DNA from: Ignavibacteriota bacterium
Lineage (GTDB): Bacteria; Bacteroidota; Ignavibacteria; Palsa-1295
Assembly: GCA_963787835.1 (NCBI GenBank)
Contig: CAWBEI010000002.1
Coordinates: 1,376,001-1,440,000 of the forward strand
Direction of reading: 5' to 3'
Length of the DNA: 64,000 bases
Positions 8,675 to 16,028 of the stretch are shown piece by piece (position 1 is the first letter of the stretch; the number at the start of each line of letters is the position of its first letter). The position numbers were made by a program, and so were the translations under genes. The notes beneath the pieces were generated by a model. The model was given only the letters and a program-made list of their open reading frames with translations, was not told the origin of the DNA and did not search any database.

Positions 8675-8756
8675 GCTAACACTCCCAGCACCTATTATCG
8701 GTTCCGTGCATTCCTAAATGGAGCTTGTTTATAAATCCTCCTGCAAGGGTGCCCGC
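8675..8756. repeat. 83-bp island-boundary element, copy 1
   Basis: About 68/83 identical by manual alignment to 39539-39621. Confidence 0.85.
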
Positions 8757-8760
8757 AGTC

Positions 8761-9294
8761 CTACAAACTATACCGCACCCCAACTGCGCCATCGAGATCG
8801 AGATCGAAAATGCGTTTGAAGGCAATGAGCGGTCCGGCCTCCACAAAATATTGAATGCGTGAGCTTTGGGGATTGATGTTCAATCCGAAGATGGTGCGTC
8901 CGCCGAACCCGAAACCGTTATCTTCCTGATTCGCAAAGCTTTCAAGGTGTGGTTCGCGGCTGAAGAACATTTTCGCACCTTTGCCTAAGGCCACCGCTAA
9001 CCCCGGCCCGGCATATTCGCTTGTGACTGCCGAATGGAACAGATTAAATTCCCACACATAATCGATCTGCAATCGAGGGGAACCGAAATAATCGGGACCG
9101 AAACCGACATCGAGGGCATTGGCTCCAGCAAACTGATATTTCATCGTCACGCCCAAGGGGTCGCCGATGATGAACCCGGCGCTGAGTCCGCTGGAGGCCA
9201 GAGTTTGTGCGCTTACCGGTACCGTTATGAAAAGGACGCTCAGGAGAACAAGCAGGATGGATTCGGCTCTATTTATCTTCTTTGGGATATTCAT
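8761..9294 (-). CDS. small outer-membrane beta-barrel-like protein (DUF3996-like)
   Basis: Signal peptide, GFIIGDPLGVTMK, C-terminal GAVGVRYSL. Confidence 0.6.
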   Translation of the reverse strand: MNIPKKINRAESILLVLLSVLFITVPVSAQTLASSGLSAGFIIGDPLGVTMKYQFAGANALDVGFGPDYFGSPRLQIDYVWEFNLFHSAVTSEYAGPGLAVALGKGAKMFFSREPHLESFANQEDNGFGFGGRTIFGLNINPQSSRIQYFVEAGPLIAFKRIFDLDLDGAVGVRYSL

Positions 9295-9450
9295 GTTGAA
9301 GTATAACTCCCCGGAAAGCAGGAAATAACAGGACTGAACGATCGCGGGACATAAGAAGTAGGGTGTCGCGGAGTCCGAGAAAGTCTCATCATCCGGCGCA
9401 ACATTTCCATGTTCTTCTATTGTTTACCTCGCCAGACTCCTGTAACCCTA

Positions 9451-9858
9451 ATGGCATACATACCCGAACGCAAACCGTTTAGCTCCTGGAATCAGCTTTT
9501 TCTGAAGTACCGGCGATACTCCGGATCGTGGGCGTACCTGCTTCAGCGCCTTACGGGCATTGGGCTGGTTACGTACCTCTTTATCCATATTTGGGCGCTT
9601 AGCTCGCTTACAAAGGGCCGCGCCGCGTTCGCCGAGGAGATGAAGACGTTCACCACCCCTCCATTCAAAGTAGCCGAGTGGCTGTTGGGCGCTCTTGTGA
9701 TGTTCCACGCTTTCAATGGCATCCGCATTGCGCTTGTCGATCTGGCAAATGGCGCGAAGTATCACAAAAAGTTGCTTGGCGCGGTGTGGGTCACGGGTAT
9801 TGCTGTAGTGGTAATGATGTTTTTTCTCATTTTTTCCAGCGAGATCTTCGCAAAGTAA
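9451..9858 (+). CDS. sdhC: succinate dehydrogenase cytochrome b556 subunit
   Basis: LQRLTG...HI and FHAFNGIRI motifs, three TM helices. Confidence 0.9.
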   Translation: MAYIPERKPFSSWNQLFLKYRRYSGSWAYLLQRLTGIGLVTYLFIHIWALSSLTKGRAAFAEEMKTFTTPPFKVAEWLLGALVMFHAFNGIRIALVDLANGAKYHKKLLGAVWVTGIAVVVMMFFLIFSSEIFAK

Positions 9859-10296
9859 ATGGCTGATACTAAGAATACCACCCCCCAGCCCCCTCCTGTT
9901 CCGCTCCGCTCCATAGGAGGGGGAGCTTTATTACGCAGCTATTCGCGCCCGCGCAAGAGCGGCGCTCCGGCGTGGTGGTTGCAGCGCGTGACGGGGCTTG
10001 CGCTTGTGGTGCTGACCGTCGGGCATTATATTCTGATGCACTATAATCCCGTCAGCGGGCATGATTATGGCGAGACGGCCTCGCGGCTCGTATCGCCGTG
10101 GTTCAAGGGAATTTATCTTGGCTTTATCACGATCGGAATGTACCACGGTTTGCAGGGCATTTGGAATATCGTTCGCGATTACAAGTTGAAGCCAGCCGTC
10201 GGCCTCACCATTTTTGGAGTGATCTTTATCGCGGGTGTCATTTTTGTCGCAGTGGGATGGAATACCATTCTCACCTTCGATCCGTTGAAGCCTTGA
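9859..10296 (+). CDS. sdhD: succinate dehydrogenase hydrophobic anchor subunit
   Basis: WWLQRVTG and YHGLQGIWNIVRDY motifs; directly follows sdhC. Confidence 0.9.
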   Translation: MADTKNTTPQPPPVPLRSIGGGALLRSYSRPRKSGAPAWWLQRVTGLALVVLTVGHYILMHYNPVSGHDYGETASRLVSPWFKGIYLGFITIGMYHGLQGIWNIVRDYKLKPAVGLTIFGVIFIAGVIFVAVGWNTILTFDPLKP

Positions 10297-10299
10297 TTC

Positions 10300-10357
10300 G
10301 TAGCCGTGACCTTTAGGTCACGAGTGATTATGACCGTGACCTGAAGGTCACGGCTAC
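10300..10357. repeat. GTAG-type REP doublet (GTAGCCGTGACCTTTAGGTCACG...CGTGACCTGAAGGTCACGGCTAC)
   Basis: Inverted pair of palindromes; relatives at 54027-54118 and 63236-63252. Confidence 0.85.
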
Positions 10358-10364
10358 CACAACC

Positions 10365-11147
10365 ATGACACCTCTCACCGAACTCCGAGCCAACCACATA
10401 CGCGGCCTATTGCGCGATGCCCGCGCGCGCCGCGGCGATTCGGAATTCGTGCTCGAAGGCCCGCATTTGCTCGAAGCAGCGATGGAGAAAGCGCTCAAGT
10501 TGATCGAGTATGTTGCATTCACGCAGGATGCCATCGTTCGCCATCCCGATCTGTTGGATCAGGCGGAAAAGCTGGATATTCCCGTCTATTCGCTGTCTGC
10601 AAAGCTTGCAGCCCGCACTTCGGATACGCAGGAACCGCAGGGAATCTTTGCGGTCGCTCGGATGCCGCGGCCATCGCCGGTTCGCGGGAATGTTATCCTC
10701 GCGCTCGATGGTGTGAAAGATCCGGGAAATGCCGGCACCATTATCCGGACTGCGGCGTGGTTCGGCGTTCAGAATATCCTTCTTGCCGATGGATCGGCCG
10801 ATCCGTTCGCTCCCAAAGTAGTGCGCGGCACTCAAGGGGCGATCTTCGATGTAAGCCTCGAAACCAATGCCGATCTGATGAAACGCCTGACCGATCTGCG
10901 CAATACCGGTTGGACGATCCTTGCAGCATCGGTTTCCGAAACAGCAAAGCCCGTCTATGATATTAGCTTTCCGGAGCGCGTCGTATTCTTGTTCGGCACC
11001 GAAGCGCGTGGCATTCGCCCTGAATTGTTAACACTGGCTGCTGAAGAGATCGTGATCCCGAAACATGGTGCGGGCGAATCCCTGAACGTGGCGGTTAGTG
11101 CGGCGATCATTCTCGGCGAGTTTCGCCGCAGAAACCCAGCGACCTAA
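10365..11147 (+). CDS. TrmH/SpoU-family RNA methyltransferase
   Basis: LDGVKDPGNAGTIIRTA, FGTEARG and ESLNVAVS SPOUT motifs. Confidence 0.9.
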   Translation: MTPLTELRANHIRGLLRDARARRGDSEFVLEGPHLLEAAMEKALKLIEYVAFTQDAIVRHPDLLDQAEKLDIPVYSLSAKLAARTSDTQEPQGIFAVARMPRPSPVRGNVILALDGVKDPGNAGTIIRTAAWFGVQNILLADGSADPFAPKVVRGTQGAIFDVSLETNADLMKRLTDLRNTGWTILAASVSETAKPVYDISFPERVVFLFGTEARGIRPELLTLAAEEIVIPKHGAGESLNVAVSAAIILGEFRRRNPAT

Positions 11148-11195
11148 AGTTCTCGGTGAACTGTTTAGCGTTCTTCAAGTGAAATAAAAGCTCTA

Positions 11196-12038
11196 TTGAC
11201 CCACAATATCACCATACCATCCCCCTCCGGCAAGTGCAGCGTGACGTTCGGCGCTGCCGAACGCTTCGCCATCATTGCCGGGCCGTGCGTTGTGGAAAAT
11301 GAAAGCGTGCTGCGGGAGGTCGCGGACAGGTTGGTTGATATTGGGTCGCAGTATCCCGTCGATTTTGTATTTAAATCCTCTTACACCAAAGCAAACCGCA
11401 CCAGCACTACCAGTTTCACCGGAATTGGCATGGATGCCGCCCTTATGCTCCTCGCAAAGATTAGGAACGATTACGATCTGCCTATTCTTACGGATGTTCA
11501 CTCGCCGGAAGAATGCGCCATTGCCGCCGAAACGTGCGATGTTCTGCAAATTCCCGCATTTCTTTCCCGCCAAACAGAATTACTTCACGCTGCCGGAAGA
11601 ACAGGCCGAGTTGTTCAGATCAAGAAAGGACAGTTCATGTCGCCGGAAGATATGAAGTTCGCCAAGGCAAAAGTTGCCGAAACTGGGAACGGGAACGTAT
11701 TGCTGTGCGAACGCGGTACGTTCTTTGGTTATGGCGATCTCGTCGTGGATTTTCGCTCGCTTGTAAAAATGAGGGAGTTTGCATCGCCGGTGATCTATGA
11801 TGCCACGCATTCTGTACAGCGCCCAAGCCAGAACGGCATGAGCGGGGGAAACCGGGAATTTATCGCGCCGCTTGCGCGAGCAGCGATGGCCGTTGGCGTG
11901 GATGGTCTTTTCCTCGAAAGCCATCCCAACCCGGCGGATGCATTGAGCGATAAAGAATCCCAACTACCGCTCGTCGATCTGGAGCGATTGATCGAAAGCC
12001 TTCTCGAAGTGCGAAATGCTGTGAAAGGAGTTCAGTAA
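11196..12038 (+). CDS. kdsA: KDO-8-phosphate synthase
   Basis: IIAGPCVVE, KANRTS, QIPAFLSRQT, KKGQF, DATHSVQ. Confidence 0.95.
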   Translation: MTHNITIPSPSGKCSVTFGAAERFAIIAGPCVVENESVLREVADRLVDIGSQYPVDFVFKSSYTKANRTSTTSFTGIGMDAALMLLAKIRNDYDLPILTDVHSPEECAIAAETCDVLQIPAFLSRQTELLHAAGRTGRVVQIKKGQFMSPEDMKFAKAKVAETGNGNVLLCERGTFFGYGDLVVDFRSLVKMREFASPVIYDATHSVQRPSQNGMSGGNREFIAPLARAAMAVGVDGLFLESHPNPADALSDKESQLPLVDLERLIESLLEVRNAVKGVQ

Positions 12039-12039
12039 G

Positions 12040-13030
12040 GTGGGATCATTTATCAAGAGCGCACATCGAACATTCGAGATCGAATCCAAAGCCATTCGAT
12101 CGAGCTTGGATAAGCTCGATGAAAAGGCATTCGATAAGACATGCACACTGGTAATGAACTCCTCAGGTCGCGTGATCGTGACGGGCGTCGGTAAATCCGG
12201 TCATATCGCAAACAAGATGGCCTCTACGCTGGCATCGACGGGAACTCCGGCGTTCTTTCTCCATCCAGCCGAGGCTGCCCATGGCGATGTTGGCATGGTG
12301 CAGAAGGAGGATGTCATTATCGTGCCTTAGCAAAAGTGGTGCATCGGATGAACTGCTGGTGCTCGTTCCATCCCTTCGCAGAATTGGCGTTCCCATTGTC
12401 GCTATCACCTTCGCAAATGAATCGAAGCTTGCCATAGAAGCGCGTGAGAGTGGCGGGGTAGTCCTTCTGCTTCACGTAGATGAGGAAGCCTGTCCGCACG
12501 ATCTCGCACCGACGGCTTCGACAACGGCCATGCTTGTCTTAGGCGATGCGCTGGCTGTGGCGCTATTGGAAGCGCGAGAATTTTCAAGCGCGGATTTTGC
12601 GCGGCTGCATCCTGCCGGTGCGTTGGGGAGGAAGCTTACGTTCTCCGTTCACGATCTTATGGCGAGCGGGAGCGCCGTTCCACGCGTCAAGGAGAATGCA
12701 ACGCTGAACGAAGTCATGATGGAAATGTCGCGCAAACGGTTTGGCGCAACGGCCGTGACGGTTGGCGAACAGCTTGTGGGAATCATAACGGACGGCGATC
12801 TCCGCAGATTTTTCGAGTCCCATGCCACGATCGATACCAGCGTGGTGATCGCGAAAGATCTGATGTCGCCAAATCCGCGCACGGTTTCCTCTTCTGCGCT
12901 TGCTATCGAGGCGCTTCATGCGATGGAGGACCGCGTGCCGAAGGTGATGCAGCTCCTCGTGCGAGGCGAGCATGGTAAGCTCGAAGGCATCATTCATATT
13001 CACGACATCGTAAAGGCAGGAATTTCGTGA
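12040..13030 (+). pseudogene. kdsD: arabinose-5-phosphate isomerase (SIS + CBS), split by a +1 frameshift near 12322
   Basis: GVGKSG and HPAEAAHGD in 12040-12330; LSKSG, APTASTT, HPAGALG and CBS pair in the other frame; could be an assembly error. Confidence 0.85.
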
Positions 13031-13044
13031 AATATTTTCTTTTA

Positions 13045-13190
13045 TGTCATCCTGAGCGAAGCAATTCGACCGAAGGGAGAATTGCGGAGTCGAAGGATCT
13101 CCGAACATTCACCGCTTAGCCAAACTGCATGAGATCCTTCGACTCCGTTCGGTTCCGCTATCGCTCCACCGAACTACGCTCAGGATGACA
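13045..13190. repeat. REP-like palindromic element, GTCATCCTGAGC...GCTCAGGATGAC family
   Basis: Terminal inverted repeats plus internal GTCGAAGGATCTC/GAGATCCTTCGAC; second copy at 13892-14055. Confidence 0.9.
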
Positions 13191-13196
13191 CTTTTT

Positions 13197-13883
13197 ATGA
13201 ATAGAAAAATAAGTTACTGCTGGGTACTGATGTTTAGCTTTATGCTAAGCTACGCTCTTCTCGGTTGCGATGAAGGCCCTAAAGTAATGCCAAGCACGGC
13301 GAACGCTCCTATCACCGGCGCGGATAAACCGGGGCAGGTCAGCTACAATACATCCATGAATTTTTCTGCGAGCGGGATTCTGCGTGCCATTCTTCATGCG
13401 GGCCGCGTGGAAACATTCGAAACGAAACACTACACATGGCTCGATAGCAACGTCCGCGTGGATTTTTACAATAAGGAAGGCGTGCATTCGAGCGTGCTGA
13501 CTTCACGAAGCGCGAGGGTCAACACGTTGAACAATAATATGACGGCCTACGACCATGTGCATATCCTGAGCGATTCGGGAACTACGGTCGATACCGATTC
13601 CCTTGAATGGGAGAACCAGGCGCAACTTATTCATTCCGATGCGCCAGTTCATATCGTGGAAAAAAGTGGGCGTGTTACGGATGGCATTGGTTTCGAAAGC
13701 GATCAGAATTTGGAACATTATCACATTTTGCATCCCACCATTGTTGCTCCGGCTGGTACGTTCGAATCGCACAAACCCTCGGAGAATTCGCTAAAACCAC
13801 CATCGCCCGAAGTTCCCGGCGCACATGCCATGCAAGCAGCCCCGTTAGGCGTGCCATTCGATTCGCTACACAAAGCGCGATAA
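13197..13883 (+). CDS. lptC: LPS export protein LptC
   Basis: Lipoprotein-like signal (LLGC), VRVDFY, TDSLEW, GIGFESDQNL; follows kdsA-kdsD. Confidence 0.8.
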   Translation: MNRKISYCWVLMFSFMLSYALLGCDEGPKVMPSTANAPITGADKPGQVSYNTSMNFSASGILRAILHAGRVETFETKHYTWLDSNVRVDFYNKEGVHSSVLTSRSARVNTLNNNMTAYDHVHILSDSGTTVDTDSLEWENQAQLIHSDAPVHIVEKSGRVTDGIGFESDQNLEHYHILHPTIVAPAGTFESHKPSENSLKPPSPEVPGAHAMQAAPLGVPFDSLHKAR

Positions 13884-13891
13884 TCTAACCA

Positions 13892-14055
13892 TGTCATCCT
13901 GAGCGGAGCAAGACGCAGCGACAGCGTCGGATTGCGCAGTCGAAGGATCTCCGGACATTCACCACCAAGCCAAACTACACGAGATCCTTCGACTCCGTTT
14001 TTCTCTCCCAGCATCGTGGGCGATGCGGTCGAGAAAAACTCCGCTTAGGATGACA
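13892..14055. repeat. REP-like palindromic element, second copy
   Basis: Same scaffold as 13045-13190 with different internal hairpins. Confidence 0.9.
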
Positions 14056-14066
14056 CCTAATACTAA

Positions 14067-14387
14067 TCAGAGATACATTTTGGACGAGGCATAAAGCGGC
14101 TTTATATCCTGAAGTACAAATTTGCGAACGAGGGGTTTTAAACCGTTCTTCGTAACAAGGTCAACTCTTTTCCCAAAAATATTCTGTAGCTCACGCTGTA
14201 ATTTTGAATAACCAATGAGGCCGATGGAAGCATTTGGCAAAAATTCCACGAGCAAGTCAATGTCGCTATCCATGCGCTCATCCCCGCGAGCCTGAGAGCC
14301 GAACAGTGAAAGTTCCTTCACTTCATATTGCTTGCAGAGCAATTCGAGCTTCTCGGAGGAGACATTCAGGCCTGCGATTTGTGTCAT
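14067..14387 (-). CDS. minimal nucleotidyltransferase (MNT/MntA-type antitoxin), no HEPN partner
   Basis: LFGSQARGD...DSDIDLLVEF and FGKRVDLVT. Confidence 0.85.
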   Translation of the reverse strand: MTQIAGLNVSSEKLELLCKQYEVKELSLFGSQARGDERMDSDIDLLVEFLPNASIGLIGYSKLQRELQNIFGKRVDLVTKNGLKPLVRKFVLQDIKPLYASSKMYL

Positions 14388-14425
14388 GACTCTATAACGG
14401 ATTCCAGCACGGGCGGGTTCAGGAG

Positions 14426-15706
14426 CTAATTCAGTTCCATTGCCGTTCGCTGCAGATGCCCATTCACTTGCACGATGCACTCATACATTCCGGCTGGCAA
14501 ACCGTTCGCATCCCAGGTGAAGATATGCGTTCCCGCATCCAACTCACCCCAAAAAATGTGCGCAACAGTAGCGCCGAGGATATTCACGATCGCCACGGTC
14601 GCCACGCCGCTTTCGGGTGTGGTGAAGCTAATTGTTGTGGATTGGGTGAATGGGTTGGGATAACTTGTTAGGGAATTTTCTGTTGAAGCGACGTTTGAGA
14701 CGGCGCTGATGCCGAAATCGGAAAGAGGGCGGCGCCAAACACCACTATCGGTTCCAGCAAATAAATAACCATCGGCTACAGTGAGCGAATAAACATTTGT
14801 ATCCGTCAGCCCTGAATTTTCGGCAGACCAGCTCTTGCCATTGTTAGCCAGCAAATATACACCTCCGCCGAGAACACCAGCAAAAAGATTCGATCCGCTT
14901 ACAGCAACTGATGAAACTGGCCCACTGTTAGTTGGAAAGCCATTATCTTCACTCTTCCAGCTTTTCCCGCTATCAGTTGATTGAAAAATTCTACCCTCAT
15001 TCACTTCTGGGTTACTGACTCCAGCAAAGAGATTGGATCTGGTCACTGCAAATGGAGTGACGGCAGTGTTTGGTAATCCGTTGCTTGCCGCAGTCCAACT
15101 TGTACCATTGTCTGTGGAGAGAAAAACGCCTCCGTCATCGACATTGCCGGTTCCTGCAAAAAAATCATTACCATTTACGGCAAGGGCATACACAAACTGG
15201 TTGGTTGGTAAACCGTTCTCAACCTGTTCCCAGCTTGCGCCTTCGTTGGTTGAGAGAAATAAACCGGCTCCAGTGGCTGCGAAGAGATTGGTGTCGATGA
15301 CTGCGAACGCAATGACACCATTCAGTACATTGTTAGTCGAGAAGCCTTTACTCATCTCCTTCCAGCTTATGCCATTATTGGTGGAACGAAAAACACCACC
15401 GCTGTCACTGCTTAATCCAGCAAAGAGATTGGTGCCACTTACTGCAAAGGCTTGAATTAGGCAAAGGTTGGGAGAGTAAGGTAATTCGAATCGCAAGCCA
15501 TTACTCTCCGCAGACCAGTTTGTGCCACTATCGGTCGAGAGAAAAACGCCGCTATCCGTTCCAACAAACAGATTCACTCCATTTGGTAGAAAAGCATAGA
15601 CATAATGATTCACTAAACCCACCTGCACCCACTGCCCACTCGCATTCTGCGCAGCACAGAGTGCAAGCATAAGAACCGCAACGATAAGCGCGAATCTCTT
15701 TTTCAT
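14426..15706 (-). CDS. BNR-repeat beta-propeller protein with T9SS C-terminal domain
   Basis: Signal peptide; repeated GVFLSTDxGxxW; YPNPF...LPAGMY sorting domain. Confidence 0.85.
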   Translation of the reverse strand: MKKRFALIVAVLMLALCAAQNASGQWVQVGLVNHYVYAFLPNGVNLFVGTDSGVFLSTDSGTNWSAESNGLRFELPYSPNLCLIQAFAVSGTNLFAGLSSDSGGVFRSTNNGISWKEMSKGFSTNNVLNGVIAFAVIDTNLFAATGAGLFLSTNEGASWEQVENGLPTNQFVYALAVNGNDFFAGTGNVDDGGVFLSTDNGTSWTAASNGLPNTAVTPFAVTRSNLFAGVSNPEVNEGRIFQSTDSGKSWKSEDNGFPTNSGPVSSVAVSGSNLFAGVLGGGVYLLANNGKSWSAENSGLTDTNVYSLTVADGYLFAGTDSGVWRRPLSDFGISAVSNVASTENSLTSYPNPFTQSTTISFTTPESGVATVAIVNILGATVAHIFWGELDAGTHIFTWDANGLPAGMYECIVQVNGHLQRTAMELN

Positions 15707-15769
15707 GCCACAAACTTACGGCGGGAAATGGGGTGGGCGGTGAAATTTTGAGTGGGGGTGGCACTTGCG

Positions 15770-15903
15770 GTCGTTGCGAGAAGGAATCACGGAGCGAAGC
15801 GGAGTGATTCCTTCGAAGCAATCCGTCGCGATTTAGCGTAAACTCAACGGATTGCTTCGTCGAATCACACTCCCTTCGGTCGTGAGATTCTCCTCGCAAT
15901 GAC
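15770..15903. repeat. REP-like palindromic element, GTCxTTGCGAG...CTCGCAATGAC family
   Basis: Terminal IRs plus CGAAGCAATCC/GGATTGCTTCG. Confidence 0.85.
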
Positions 15904-15966
15904 GTGATTAAAAACGTAATGAAAGATGCAATATTAATCTTTCATGATACGAAGTACGATTAATCG

Positions 15967-15974
15967 TATATTTG
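15967..15974 (+). promoter_or_regulatory. Bacteroidota-type TAnnTTTG -7 promoter element
   Basis: TATATTTG ending 55 bp upstream of the pcrA start. Confidence 0.55.
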
Positions 15975-16028
15975 TGTTCGTGCGTTTGAATTTATAATAA
16001 CTCAGCACTTTCTAACTTTCCCCAACCC

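Noticed and set aside
8675-8756. Canonical integron attC site
   Set aside because: No complementary RYYYAAC/GTTRRRY pair; the hairpin possible in copy 2 is not preserved in copy 1; no intI in the window.
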